A stretch of DNA of 64,000 nucleotides. It comes from Paraspadella gotoi. Lineage: Eukaryota; Animalia; Chaetognatha. Numbering within the stretch: the first letter of the stretch is position 1; every line of letters begins with the position of its first letter. Positions 1 to 14,100 of the stretch are shown one piece after another. The position numbers and the translations under genes are program-made. Location: the NCBI GenBank assembly GCA_051294375.1, contig CM119271.1, positions 11,799,896 through 11,863,895 on the forward strand, in the 5' to 3' direction. Below the pieces are notes generated by a model that saw only the letters and a program-made list of their open reading frames with translations, was not told the DNA's origin and searched no databases.

Positions 1-847
1 TGGCAACCTCGAGCTGCCAGGCGAGTTCGCCTGGGTACCAGGTGAGGGACTTGGGCGGCGGGACTTTCTCTCCATTTACTTCCACCTCCAACATTTCTTG
101 GAAAAACTTTCCCTTTATGATTTTGAGGAGCTCTTGGGCCTCGCCTTTGTAGCCCGTGATTCTGGGGGAGAGGGGGGGAGAGAGAGAGAGAGAATTAAAT
201 GGACATTGAGATAAAGAAGGGTGATGATGTTTTTCATTTAATTGTAAAATGTTTAATTGTTTATGGGATCGCCTTTGTAGCCCGTGATTCTGGGGGAGAG
301 GGGGGGAGAGAGAGAGAATTAAATGGACATTGAGATAAAGTAGGGTGATGATGTTTTTCATTTAATTTCAAAATGTTTATGCTCATCCTAATCAGCATTT
401 ATTTCAATTGAGCTTTTCTGAGAAAAACTTTTGACAGCATCAATGGCAGTTAACTTGTTTAAAACTAAAAAAAAACTAAGGGATCCCAACCTGAAGGTCA
501 CCGGCAGAGGCTTCCTCAACGTCTCCAAGAAATCCTGGAACTCGTCTTCAGCGACGAGATTTTGCAATTTGTAGAAAGCCTCGTATCTTTCGCTCTTTCG
601 CGGCGTGGTCTCGTACCCTTCCTTCGCTTCCGTCTCTGCGGCTACCTTGGTCATTCAAAGATGTTAAGTATTAATATTTAATTATCTAATATAATTAATA
701 ATCATATATCACCTCTTCCTCCTCTTCCTTGGGCGAGACTCCGAGGATGGCCTGCGCTTTACTGATGGCCGTCTCTCGAATCTTCATCTTCTTCACCGCT
801 TTTCGCGTCCGACCTTCGCCGAACGAGCGCTTCTTGTTTCTACCCAT
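1..847 (-). CDS. NSUN2: tRNA m5C methyltransferase NSUN2/Trm4, 5' part (runs off the window)
   Basis: ATG at 847 (MGRNKKRS...). Exons ~847-712, ~646-491 (YKLQNLVAEDEFQDFLETLRKPLPVTFR) and 161-1 (ITGYKGEAQELL...LTWYPGELAWQL) match the NSUN2 N-terminus. Confidence 0.88.
141..380. repeat. ~128-bp tandem duplication spanning an NSUN2 splice acceptor and 21 exon nt
   Basis: tcgcctttgtagcccgtgattctggggg...catttaatt occurs at 141 and again at 269. Confidence 0.85.
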
Positions 848-1202
848 GTTTTGTTTGTTTCTTTTTTTTTTTTGGTTTTGTTTGGCCCTTCAAAAAAGAA
901 ACGTTTAATCGAGGTATAAAACTAAGAAAAATTGACACGAAGAAATAATAGGTTAAGTCGTAGGACGAACAAGGCACTTGGTGTGAGAGAACAATGGAAT
1001 TCTGAAGAAAAGAAAAAAAAAATTGTGAGATTGTGAATTGGAACGATGTGACTAGTTAGGCTTTTTCTTTTTCTTTTTCATCGATGGTATTTCTTTGATA
1101 TTCGCATTGAGAGTAAAGACTAAAGAAATACAATCAATGAATCAAGATTGACAACAACAACAACAACAAAAAACTGTCAATTCTTATTTTTCTTCGCAAA
1201 TA

Positions 1203-1237
<35 letters not shown>

Positions 1238-1244
<7 letters not shown>

Positions 1245-2977
1245 CTCTTCTCCCTCTTCCACACAATAACCCTCCCCGCCGCGTCGCACGAGGCCAATAA
1301 ACTCTCGTCGTAATTAAAAGCGACATCTATCGCCGGCGCCGCGTGTCCCAAAAGACGATTGACGCGCGGACGAGGCGACTCGCGTTCCACGTCGAAAAAG
1401 TTGACGCTGCCGTCCAATCCGCCGGAAATGACGCAAGCGCCCTCGCTGAACGACATGAGCGGGCAAAAATTTGCGCGGACGGGCAGAGCGGGGCCGTCGA
1501 GGCGAGCTGCGTCCGGTGCCGGATCGGCGAGCGGGATACAGCGCCGCAGCTGCAGAGCGCCGGGCGTGTTGGAGAGTACGCGGAAGAGGAGGAGAGCGTT
1601 GGGTCCGGCGTTGGCGAGAAGCGTGGGATCTCGAGCCTCGCGACTCAACCAAGTCTTCGTGCGGAGACTCGTGATGGCGCGGCGACGCAGGGGGGAATCG
1701 GCGGCTGCTGCTGCTGCTGCTTCGTTCTCCGTCTTCGGCGAAATGTAAACCGTCCTCTTCGTCTTCGTCGCGATTCTTCCTTTGTGGACGTCGAACCCGA
1801 CGGCGACGATGGCGCCGCTTTCCGTCCCCGCCCACAAGATGGCGCCGGGATTGACGGCGTCGTCAAACGCCAAAGCCGTGACGGCGCTAGTGACGCCGCC
1901 TTTGGCGTTGCCTCGTTTCTCGCCGAGACTGACTCTTCTAAACGCCATGGCGGCGGCGGCGGCGACGCCTGGCGCCGGTTTGGCTACGCCGACGGCGCCG
2001 GTCGACGCCGCAGTGGGAGAGACGTTGATGGAGACGATTCTCTCTCCAGGGCCACAGGGTTTCCCGGTGGAGACGTTGAAGACGTTGACGAAGCCTTTGC
2101 GATTTCCGGCGACGACGAAATTGTTGTTGAGAGGTTGAAAGGCGCAAGACTCGATCGGCGACGATTGAACATCCGGCAAAACTCGGAGACATTTCAAAGT
2201 CTTCGCGTCCCAAATCCGGAGAGACGCGTCGTCTCCGCCGGAAATTAGTTGATCGCCGGAATCGGACCATTCCAAGCAATTGACGGACCCTTGGTGTGCC
2301 TTGAGGGTCGCGACGACGACGGGTGGTTGGACGCTGATGTTGCAGATGGAGATGAAGCCGTCTCGTGAGCAGCAAGCGAGTCGTTCTTTATCGTCGGGAG
2401 CGAAGGCGACGCGAAGGACGGCGTCGGCGTGATGTTCGAAGACGTGATGCATCCCCGCGAAGGCGTAGTTCTCTCCCAGAGTCTTTCCGCCCGCCATCGC
2501 GCGAGAGGCTTCGGCGAGAGGAGTCGGGATTAAAGAGGAAGAACTGAGTCGTTTAGAGTCGGAGGCTTTCGCCGATCCGCCGCCGCTGCCAGCATCGAGG
2601 GCATCCTCCTTAAAACCGCCCGTCGTCTCGTCAGGCGGCCAGAGAGTGCTGCGGCTGATGCTGTGGCTGGCGAGGCTGGCGGTGCGGCTGCGCGCGCTGT
2701 TGAGGCCGATGTCTGACGGTACTCCGGTCGAAGAAGTGAGACCGAGAGGATTTCCGTAGCGCTGAGCCAAAAGCTGCGCGCGTAGGCGAATGTATTGTTT
2801 ACGGAACTGAGTCTTGGATCCATCTTTCGGCGAACCGAGGGAATCTCGTCCAGCGGCGCTCTCTCGAAGGAGTTGACTTCTACGTCGGATGTATAAAGTT
2901 CGGAACTGTGGATTGTTCGGCGCGCGGTAGGCGTTGTATTTGGCATCGAGGGCCAACGTTTGTTGCCACGACGCCAT
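1238..2977 (-). CDS. WDR13: WD repeat protein 13, intronless, 579 aa
   Basis: Motifs MASWQQTLALDAKYNAYRAPNNPQFRTLYIRRRSQLLRE, ENYAFAGMHHVF and FNYDESLLASCD...VIVWKRE are characteristic of WDR13. Confidence 0.95.
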
Positions 2978-3495
2978 CGGAAAGAACCAGGATGTCGTTG
3001 ATGATACTATTTTAGAATTGGGATGAATTTCACAATATTATTAAAATAATGATAAAAAAAGAAAAATTCTACAGCATAATTACTCGGCCGTTTAAAAAAT
3101 AAAACGAGTGGATTAATAAATTAATAACGAGCATAACATAAGACCAAAAGACCAACGTTAAGGTTAAGGTTAAGCACAACATGGGGCGATGGTTTTAGTT
3201 AGCACGATCTTGACTGGAGTCAAAACTCGGCTCCTATTTTTTGATTCGCCATCTGAAGCCGAAAAATGGAATCTGCCAAGCCGTGATAAAATACAATCGC
3301 CAGACGCAAAAAAAAAAAAAAATAATAATAATTTAAATAACTATACTAAAACTTAACAATCAATGTGAAATTGTGAATACGAAGCTTTGCACGGTTTTTG
3401 TCAACTAGCAATCACGACAGGAATGATAAATGAGATTGAATAAGAATATTCTATAGTTTCACAAATAAGACTTCCCCCCCCGGCCCAATCACGAG

Positions 3496-4900
3496 CTACT
3501 CCTTATGCCTCACGTTCTCCCCCAGCGCCTCTAGATGCGCCTCTCGACCCCAGAGTTTGGAGAACATGAGCGTCTCAATCTCCAACGCTTGAGCAAAGTC
3601 GTGTTCGGCCGAGATGCTCGAGATCATCTTCACCGTCCTCAACACGTTCGTCTCCTTCTTCGCTGCGAGCCTCTCCACGAAATCGACGGCCGCTTGAGTC
3701 GGATCGCTTCCGGACGCGATCACTTCGTCGGTAAGACCCATCGCTTCCGCTTCCTTCGCCCCGATTAACTCCGCGGAGAGGAGAAGGCGAAGAGCGAGGC
3801 GTCGACCCACGAGATGAACGAGACGGGTCGCGCCGCCGAATCCCGTGGAGACGCCTAGGCGAGAATTGACGAAACCGATGCGGGCGTCGGGATGCATGAG
3901 GCGGAAGTCGCAGGCGGTGGCGACTTCGGCGCCGCCGCCGAGGGCGTTGCCGCGTAGGAGGGCGACGGAGATGAGGGGGAGGCGGTAGAACTGGAAATGA
4001 ATGTAATGATTATTGGTTAATGATTAAATAAATAAGTATTGACTAAATCAAATGTTACGTTTACTCCTTGAAGATATTAAATCCGACAAAAGTACCCCAC
4101 TAAGTACACACCAAATCCAACAACCTGAGATAGAACGGCGTTCATGTAGTTTGACATGCGGAGACCGTCTCCGGGATTGGCGAGGCCTTTGACGAGATTC
4201 AAATCCGCGCCGCTGCAGAAGGAGTCGCCGTCGCCCTTGACGACGACGCCGACGCCCGAACGCCAAGATGAGAGTTCGTTGGTGACTCGACCAAGATCCA
4301 TCATCATGGAACCGGAGAGAGCATTTCTGAGAAAAGGATGGAAGATTAACGCATTTACCAATCCTTGCTCGCCCCAAATTATTGAATGAAGGAATCATTT
4401 TTACAATGTACCAATTTCATATGTAAAAGTGTCTATGTAATAAATAGAGAAAAAGAGTGCAAAAATTAATTTTTAAATTTCGACTAGTAATTTTTTAGTT
4501 TGAAATGAGATGAGTGAAAGAGAAAATATGAACCCTTGGCATTCTCTAAGTGTATTAAGTAATAAGTTATAATCGTTAATGGTTAGATTAATGATTCGCA
4601 TCAAGTTGTAAACCCAACTTCAGTTCGCGACTGCATTTCCTACTTTTTATTCGGATTGCTGATGGTAACCATAGCGACGCGCGACGCTCCGTCGATCTTC
4701 AAATCGACGCTTCCTTCTCCCATGAGTTTATTTTTCGTTAACGTCGCCCTCAACTCCCTCTGACCCTCGTAGACGTTCTCCGTCTCGGGGTTGACCGTCG
4801 CCGTCGTCGCCGCAGCCGTCGACGACCTCGAGCGGATCGTCGACGCGAAGAGGCGACCCGGTCTCCGAAGAACGAAGGCGGAGCGACGGAGCAAAGTCAT
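3496..4900 (-). CDS. ECHDC1: Ethylmalonyl-CoA decarboxylase (crotonase family), 3 exons
   Basis: Exons ~4900-4645, ~4330-4125 (NALSGSMM, FCSGADL) and ~3990-3496 (ALGGGAEVATACDFR, GFGGATRLVHLVG, LWGREAHLEAL). Confidence 0.85.
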
Positions 4901-5943
4901 CGTCTCCAGCGGACGATCGATTCGGTCCAAGTTGATCGCTGAAAGATCGAGGGAAGAAATGGAGAAATAGTTCGAGATGGTTAATCAAATTCGTAAGTTA
5001 ACATTTACCATACGTATATGTCATTAAATTACTACTAAACTTGAAAGTTATTAAACCAATTTCACGAGACGAACCTGATTTTCTGCCCTTATTTTCCGAA
5101 GGTTTGTCTTTGAAGAAATTGATGTGTTGGCGAGAACGAAGCTTCTTCACATTTTCGTTCAGTTTTTCTATGAGGGAGAGTAAATTTGCCAAAGTATTCT
5201 TACGTCTCGTAATATGTACTATGTGGTTCTAAAATAAAATGTTAATAAAAAACATAAGACCGGAGTTAAAGGGTGTATTGCTTTTCTGGAACAATTGGCA
5301 TTTAAATGATTTAAAAAACCGCATAAAACATCTTGTAAAAAAAAACACGGTGGTATAAAAAATTATAGTAAAAGTGTGAATGTATAAAAAAGAAAACAGT
5401 ACAAAGACTGGAACATCAACAAATTAACATCAAAAAAAAGAAAAAGTGAAGTTCCGGCAAAGAGAAAACGTTTTACACAGCAAAAAATTAGAAAAGATAA
5501 CCTGACGGGGATTTTGGAAGGAAGTAAATGAGATATAACCCGGAGGGAGGGGAATGGATCTGTAAATAACGGAATGACTAGACGACGTAAATTCTTGGTT
5601 AATCTCGTGAGATTTATTAGGGTGAATGGATTAATGAAGCTTCTAACTTCTAAGTAATACTTGCAGCTTAAAACCCTTATTCTTCAGCAAAATAAGCTAT
5701 AGTTCATATTTCCCTCGACAACCCGAAGAGGCAACCGGCGAAAACAAAAGCACCAGTCCACGGCAATAATAACAATAATAATAATATTAATAGTAATGAT
5801 AATAATTAAAAAATGACATGTTTTCGCTCGATCGTCGATGAATTAATCAACAAATTGAAGGTCGATGGACTTTGATCCAATTTCGAAGCCAAATATTCGG
5901 AGAGGATTTAATTTCGGCTCATGGAAGGAGGTCGGTCGCTTGG

Positions 5944-7317
5944 TCAAGACGAAGAGGGCAGCCTGGAAGGGCCCGAGCGCCGCATGAGACGCTTCCCGAC
6001 GGCGTGGACTTCGAAACCGATCGACATCAAATGAGAATGATCCAAGATGGCGCGACCATCGAAGACGAAGGCGGGTTTCTGGGAAAGAAAGGAAAGGGTG
6101 TTTGGAAGAAAAGAAGGGGAAGGGGTGGCAGGGAAGAGAAGGGCAGGGAAAAGATAAAAAAAAAGGAAAAAAATAAGGGCATGTTAGGCGGCGAATCCTG
6201 CGTACGAAAATGACATGAGAATAAAAGAAATAAAGAGAAGAATAGGAAACCTTCATTCCTTCGTAGATCCTCTTATAGTCGAGAGTCTTAAACTCTTCCC
6301 ACTCTGTAGCGACGACGACGGCGTGAGCTCCGTCGCAGGCTTCGTAGGCGGAGCGAGAGATGGAGACGAGTCTCGAGTAGCGCGTCGCGTCCGGAGAACT
6401 CAGCTCTCGCTCAACCTGCTCGTCGAGCACCTGTCGACAGGAGGGGGGGGGGAAACAATGGATCGATCCGGCCGATTGAACCGATCAGCGGGGAGGGAAG
6501 CCTCTTTTGTTTATTTACCTTGGGATCGTAAATGCACAATCGGGCACCTTCGTCCATGAGATATTTGGCCACGTAAATGGCCGGGGATTCGCGAGTGTCG
6601 CCGGTGTTGGCCTGAAAAGGAAAACCATCACCTTGACATCCCATCTCCCTTCCCCGCCCGATCCTGCCCACTTCGAAATCTGGACCCCCTGTCGGGAAGA
6701 AACTTTCGTGAGGATTCATCGTCGGACTTTTATTCTTTTGAATATTAATTCATTGACAAATAAAACATTTATATTCTATTTTATTCTATTCTATTTCTAT
6801 TCATTTATTATTCATTGATTGATATTTTTTATTCAATGTCTTTCCTTTTCAGCTATCATGAGTTATTAATGATTATAGTAGAGGTGTTGGGTTACTGATA
6901 GGTTATGTGGTTCTTGATCATTGTGTTTCTCTTCTGATCTATTACAGTGAAGATTCCAGGGTGCACTGTCAATGCACGGCCGCCCGTGATCAATCTGGTT
7001 GGAGCGAGACATTCTGCCACGCCTTGACTTTTAGTGACACTCCTTTGGTCACCCCACACTCATCATCACCCGTCAGGGGGTACGCAGGATTCGCACCCTA
7101 ACACACCCCCCCGAACCTTGAAGGCGAAACCCAAAAGGGCGATGTTCTTGTCGGTGACTGTGTTGAAGAGCGACTCGACGATGAGATCGACGAACCTCCG
7201 TCGCTGCCAACCGTTGATCTCCACCACCTCATTAAGCAATGATTAAAGCAATTCATAGTAGGATTTACGAGTTCTCTTTTATTTTTTCTCTGTTTTTATG
7301 ATTCCTTTGTATTTCGC

Positions 7318-7366
<49 letters not shown>

Positions 7367-10300
7367 CCTGATTCCAATAAGCCGCTACTTCGGGCAAGTT
7401 AAGGCACTCTGAGAGATAAACCAAATTGAAGACGTCCTTCTGAAAGCAGGAGCCTCCGAATCCGATGGAGGCCTTGAGGAATTTGGATCCGATGCGAGAG
7501 TCGAGGCCGACGGCGTGGGCGACCTCGTCGATGTCGGCGCCGGTGGATTCGCAAAGAGCCGACATCGCGTTGATGGAGGAGATTCTGGGACGAGGGTCAG
7601 TCAATCACGCGATTGGTAAGCGATGATTTTATAAATAACTTCATAAGTTCATGCGAGTGTCGATTTCAATGTCAATAGTATTCGCCGGAAAGTAAAAAAA
7701 AATATAAATAATAAATAAATAAGTAAGTATAAATAAGTATAATTAAAACAGTTCATTGACATTTTTACCACTTTATAAATAATAGAGAAGCCAGGTGCTT
7801 TGGGACTGCGAGAGTGTCTCATTGAAAGCTGGTATATTATTATATTAAATAAAATAATACAATTGAAACATTCTTTGAAATATTTTCCACTTTATTGATA
7901 GGGAAGCCAGGTACTCTGGGAGTGAATAAACGAGACTGTGAGAGAATCTTGATTGAAAGCTTGCAGGGACCTGCTATGTCATTATCTTGTATGAGTGATG
8001 GAGGCCTTAAACCACCAAAGCCTGTCCAAAGTCAGGGGCAAGATAGCTTATTTATTAAATGAATGGATAATTTTTATATTGGTTGTACCAATTTCATATT
8101 AAAAATTGGACGGAGGCCTTAACCCACCATAGACAGTCCAATGTCAGGGGCAAATATAAAAATATTTAATTATTTATTGGAAGGAAAACTTTGAAATTGA
8201 TTATCTCAATTTGCTTACCTCTGCGCGAGAAAGGCATTGGCTGCGAGTTTGGAAAGTTCCGACGACCAAGTGTTCATGGTGACGATCTTTTCTCTCGGGA
8301 CCCAATGATCGTAGATCCAACAGAGACTCTCCACCGCCGCTTTGCCTTCTTCCGTCTGCTCTCCGCCGATCAAGACTCGATCCGGGAACATGAGGTCCTT
8401 GATGGCCGAACCCTCGGCCAAGAATTCGGGGTTGGACAAAACCTGGAACAAATGAATCTCCCAAAAGTCGGGTCCGTTTCATTTATAATTCTAACTATAA
8501 ATGACCTAAATTGGCATATATAATATATATAATTATATATATGTATCCCATCTCCTATCTCTGACTCAGTTTAGTTTTGCTAGTTTAGCAAAAACTAACA
8601 AAAAATAAAGACAATGAGAGACCAACACATCAAACGACAGTATGGCAAAATAGCACTTATCAAACCAACACCTGAGAGGAAATAAAGTAATCACGAGGCT
8701 GAAGAGACAGAAATAATTGTTTTGAATTAGTCCCTTCGTTTTGGTGACAAACCTGAAAGCGAACCCCAGGTCTCGTGTTGGCGGCGAGGATGGTTTGAAT
8801 GGATTCGGCCGCCTTCACCGGGACAGTCGACTTCTCCACGACGATCTTGGAATCTGCGGAGACGTCGGCAATCTTCCGCGCGCACGACTCGATGTACTTG
8901 AGGTCGGCGGGCGCGATCCTTTTCTTTTCCGTACATCTTGGTCGGCCGTGTTGACGGTAGATAAAGATCAAATCCCCGGTCTTGGATGAATACCAATAGG
9001 TTCCTTTTGAATTTAGTAGTTAAACCGTATTCAAATTAAAGGAAATGTTAGGCAACAGCCGGGTGTGTGCCTGTGATTGCGCCATTGGATGGGCTACTCA
9101 TCTGTTTTGGCTTTGGGTCGGTTCTTCCGACCCTCAGTGACGCCTCCCAGTCACTGGCGCGGCTTACCCTAGGACGGGCTCTCGCTTTGCCAACGCCAGA
9201 GGAATCGGTTAGGACTGTGGATGGAAACACTTACCGCCTGGGAAAATGCGTGTGTTTCCCCCTCTCAGCCAATGGATTTGGCTGACAAGATGCGTGGACG
9301 TTGAGGCGCGTGTGAATATACCGCCACAGATCCTCCGCGGCCAAGACATCACTCTAGGTTCCTCAAAGCCTGCAGAGGTTGTCTGACAAGACTAGTTACC
9401 ATTAGTGGAGAGAGGAGATATGAGCGCGAGTTGTGGATGGCGCATAGGCGTTTGTCGTAGGCGTACCCAGGGGCATAGGCGTTTGTGCGTTGTTTAGTTC
9501 CGTACCTCGAAGTCGGGCAGGGCATAAGGCTGTTTGTCGCTAGCATACCCTGAGAGCGTTTCGTGTTCGATAGTTAGGCTCACCACTTATGGGCAACAGC
9601 CGGGTTGGCCTGTGATGCCCATTGGTCGATTGGGGCATCTCACTGTTTGGGCTTGTGCGCGCGGCTTCTCGACCCTCAGTGACGCCTCCCAGTTCACTGC
9701 GCGGTTACCCCTTAGGACTGGTCTTCGCATTTTGAAACGCAGAGGGATAAGGTCTGTTAGGACTGTGGATGGAACACTACGCCTGTGATGGCTGTGTTTC
9801 CCCCTCTTGAGCCAATGGATTTGGCTGAACAGATGGTGGACGCTGAGGCGTGTGAAGTATACCTCCACAATGTTTTTCTTAAAATTACAATGTAATACAA
9901 TAAATGAATAAGACAACTTTTAACAGGCGGTTTAGCCCTAAGAAGAAAATGTTGACGTGAACTTTTTAATTCAATACAATACTTTATTATAATAAAGTAC
10001 GCATCATTAAAAAAATCGGCTTTATCCTTGTTAAAGTAAAGAGAAAAAAATTCCCTTGAGCTAATAATTTAATACAAATTATAATCAATTAAAGGGATTT
10101 AAAAAGGCCGTTAAACCTTAAGACAGGAGTCGATCTCCGCGGAAAAGAAAAGATTCTTTCCTCTTCGACTTTGAACGACGTCTTGAAGATCGGGTTCGCA
10201 AAATCGGGAGACGATCCGAGTTCCACGCGTCGATCCTCTCCCTGTTCATGTCCACAAACGCGGACCGTCACGTCGGGACATTTGAGGGCGATGACGCTGC

Positions 10301-10419
10301 ACGTGGGACCGCCCACGTAGCCCGCGCCGATGCAGCAAATGTTGCGGATGGGGCGGCGCGGCCAAGCGGCGTCGCCCGAGTCAAGAGAAGGCGCCGGGGG
10401 TGTCGGGTTTCGTCGCCAT
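5944..10419 (-). CDS. UGDH: UDP-glucose 6-dehydrogenase, multi-exon, with apparent frameshifts in the 5' exons
   Basis: Motifs [70 protein letters not shown] and KPAFVFDGR; stop TGA at 5946-5944. Confidence 0.95.
9049..9869 (-). mobile_element. Miniature non-autonomous LTR retroelement (TRIM) in a UGDH intron
   Basis: Diverged direct repeats 9588-9869 and 9049-9328 (TGTGG...GC(C)CATA on minus), PBS-like TGGTGAGCC at 9585-9577, purine-rich GCGGAGGATC before the 3' LTR, and 4-bp TSD ATGT (9045-9048 / 9870-9873). The internal part shares motifs with the 23.7-kb element. Confidence 0.8.
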
Positions 10420-10884
10420 GTTGGATCCGCAACGGGCAAGGAGGACGGAACGGGTTTTTTTAATCTTTTTAATCTTTTTTAATTTTAGTTATAAGGCAAA
10501 TTTAACTCTTTACAAAAATGAATCAAAGAGGAAAAGAAAAATCATTTGGTAACTATGTAATGGGTAAGAGCGAAAAAGAGAGAGCAGATAATGAATTTTA
10601 GGATGAAGGTTAACGTGGATTTAACTTTTAAAAATAAACTCCTGACAAAAACATCGACTTACGTGTCTAAAATAATGAATGATTATTTAATATTGATTAA
10701 TGAAGACCAAATCGAGCATTTAGCAAAAAAAGACCTTTGTTTCATAACGACAAATGGACGACGATAAATGTCAATTAAAATCAACAATTTAAACAAACAA
10801 ATTTTTGCCAATCATCTTTATCTCAAATATCACGAAAAAACCGGCGATCGTTGGACGTGGCATTTCCGAGAAATGTCCTTCGCG

Positions 10885-13800
10885 TCACTCGTAGGCCAGT
10901 CTGAAGGTGCGCTCCTGCTCCTTCCGCTGCGCGTCGTACTGACGAGAGACTTCCTCCACTTTTCGGTGCAGCAGCGCAGACTTTTGATCGACCCAACTCA
11001 AGGAGTCGATGTGAGCGTTGAGGATTTTGGCGATCTGGTTGGTCGTGTCGCCACCTTCGCCTCGCGACCCGTCGCCAGATGCCATCGAGTTGTTTGCGTT
11101 GAGATGATCGATGATCTCTCGCAGATCCGAGACCATCCTCTTCAATTGCGCGTCGATGTTTTCTGAACGAGAAAATGAAATTTGGACGCGTTAAAAAAAG
11201 AGCATTGTCTCTGGGCCCATCTAGTAAAGGTCTTACCGGCTACAGTGTACGTGTGCTCGCGCTCCAAGTCCGAATGCTGCGCGTACCCGACGGGTGAAGT
11301 GGGCGTGTCCGTCGTCGTCTTTTCCAGAGATGCGATTATGTCTTCCAGTTCTCTCTGGGATGGGAAAAGGAGAAATTAGCGACGCTAAATGAAATTAATA
11401 TCTAATTTGCATATTGCTTCAATCGAAAGGCACAAAATTATTATAACTCATGTCCAGTTGTCCACTCATTGTAAATCGCTTCACCCTTGAATTTCCGTCA
11501 TTTTTTCCCCCCATTTTTTTATCATTCCTCATTTTTTTCCCATCATTTCCTTTCTCCTACAAGAAGGTTTTTTTTTCATTTCTTACAAACAGCATTTTGG
11601 TTCAGATTCTATTGTTTTCTATAGAGATTTCCTATTTTGTCTGCACCCACCTATATTTCACTTACATCGCTTTAGACAAAATATCACATTTATATATTTC
11701 CCACATATTTTTCCAGAGGGCACTATAAACAAAAGAATTATTTTTTAGAATAAAAGAACACTTCTTTAAAGGTCCTGTTCCTTTTTGTGAAACAAACAAC
11801 ATTCAAATTAAGTTTTTTTTTATATTTTAAGCTTTATTTATTAGAGGGCTCCCCAAACAAAAGAGAATTCAGTAAAACAAGATAGCACTTTTGATTAAAT
11901 TTTTAAAATTATTTACCAGATATCTTTTTTTTTAAGAAACAAAGAAACATGTATAATAAATTTGATCTGCACCTGCTAGATCTTCCTTTGCACCTGCTTT
12001 TATAAAAAATATCAATTTCTATTTAAATTTATATCATTCCAAATAATTTAATATTTTTTTAATAAACATAATTTTTTAAACAAAAAATTTATATAATTAA
12101 ATATTATATCCTATATTTTTTATCTTAATTTTTAAAATTTTTTGAAAAACTGATATAATTTTTAAAAAATGATGCAAGTTAAAAAAAATATACAAGTTGA
12201 ATAAATTATGCAAGCTAAAAAAATGATGCAAGATAAAAAATGGTACAAGCTAAAAAAATGATACAAGTTGAAAAAATAAAAAAATTAAAAAATGATACAA
12301 ATTTAAAAAAATATTATTAATGCCGCAATAACAGTTTAGTTTAAGCCCTTGAAAGCGATTAACATGTATTGGCGCAGCCACTGGTTTCTTAAGTAATCCG
12401 AGTGGTAAAAATGAATGAAAAAGTTTGGTACACTTTTAATTGTAATAAATACAAAGCTCTAAACCCTTAATAAAATTGATTGATGCCCCACCTGCTTTTT
12501 AGAAATCTCATTCTTACATGACCAATTTTTTGCCCTCTTTCTTCTTACCTGTTGAGACAGGATAAAGTCCAACTCATGATCCAATCTCTGTTCGTCCGCC
12601 TTCACTTTCTCAACTTCGTTGTGCAACTCACAAATTTTCTCTCCGTTGTCGATGAGAAGTCTGTCCCAAGCGTTCACCTGGAGACAAGACAGGATTTGGG
12701 AAAGAAAACATCGAAACGCGCATAGTTATTACTTGAACATGATGAGCGGGGTAAAACATAGGTAAAACATAGGTAAAACATAGAAAGAGCAAAGCGAACG
12801 GAATTCCGCTTCAAGCTGCCTCGAAACAAGATGCCTCGAAACTGTAACTAACTCTACATCAGAATCTCTCTCTCTCTCTCTCTCTCTCACCTGCGTCGCC
12901 TGATTGACGAAGATCGACTCCTGCTCCTCCAAATCCAGCGTCCAATTATTAATTTGCTCCTCGAGTTGACGAAAGTTCATGTTGGTGACGGCGGAGACTG
13001 CAGCAGCGTCAACGGAAGCCGACGTCGCCGCAGCGGCGCCCGTGATCGGCGTCACAGCGGCAACGGCATTGGTCGCCGCCGCCGACGGAGTGGGCGTGAC
13101 CGACGCCGAGGATATTGACAACGCCGGCGCCGAAGCGGCCGTCTTTGCGGCGCCAAAAACCGGCGTCCCGAGATTCGGCGCGGAAGCGACGGAAGTCGGC
13201 GCCAAGGACGGAGCCGAAGAAACGGAGGCGACGACCGATTGAGCGGAAGCGGAACCGAATGATGGGGCTGGAGTGACGGCGGTCGGGGCCAATCCAGCAG
13301 AGACGGAGGACGCCACGCTGGCGCCGGATGGGACGGCGACCATCGACGTTAACGACGCCGACGACGCCGGAGCCGAAATGGAAGCGCCGAAAGAAATTCC
13401 CGTCGCCGGAGCGGACGTCGCCGGTTTGGGTAGAGAAAACCCAGTAGGTGCAGGAGCAGCGGCAGAACCGAATGATAACGGAGCCGCGGGTTTAGGCGCT
13501 GCAGCCACCCCTCCCAAAGTGGGCGCGGTCGTGTTAGAAGGTAGACCGAAGGAAAAACCTCCGGAAGTCGTGGTGGCGGCGGCGGCTGCTGCGGTTGCGG
13601 CTGCTGCGGTGGAAGCGGCGCCGGTACCAAAACTGAAATTGAATCCACCCGACGCCGCTGATGCCGCCGTCGTCGTCGCCGGCGCCGGCGACGCGAAAAG
13701 GCTCGTCGATCCCGCATTCGCCGGAGTTGCCGCCGTCCCAAACCCAGGTACTGTCCCTGCCGTCCCAAACCCTGACGGCGCCGACGCCGTTCCAAACGTT

Positions 13801-14100
13801 GGCGCCGCTGTGGTCGTGGTTCCGAAGGAGAAAGGCGAGGCTGTGGTCGCCGCAGTGTCGTAGTGGCGGTGGTGGCGGCGCCGAAGAGAGACGGCGTCGC
13901 TGCGCTCGTAGACGACGCCGTTCCGAAACTAAACGTCGGCGCCGTTGTGGTGGTCGGGGCGGCGCCGGCTGCGCCGTCCCGAAAGAAAAACCGCCAGTGG
14001 GCGCCGTGGTCGCGGCGCCGAATGAGAAGCCGCCCGTGGAAGCCGTCGTGGTTGTTGTTGTTGTCGCCGGAGCGCCGAAATTAGAGAATCCACCGAACAT
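10885..14100 (-). CDS. NUP62: Nucleoporin p62 (FG repeats plus Nsp1-like coiled coil)
   Basis: GGFSFG repeats, LEEQINNWTLDLEEQESIFVNQATQVNAWDRLLIDNGEKI and IAKILNAHIDSLSWVD. A frameshift near 13.9 kb is probably a sequencing error. Confidence 0.93.

Noticed and set aside
6885-7103. Possible solo LTR (TGTTGGGT...ACCCTAACA) in a UGDH intron
   Set aside because: No TSD and no second copy in the window.
8900-10440. Frameshifts in UGDH (also NUP62, OSBPL9 and the dispanin-like gene) as pseudogenisation or programmed frameshifting
   Set aside because: They cluster near homopolymers and repeats in essential genes, so uncorrected indel errors are more likely.
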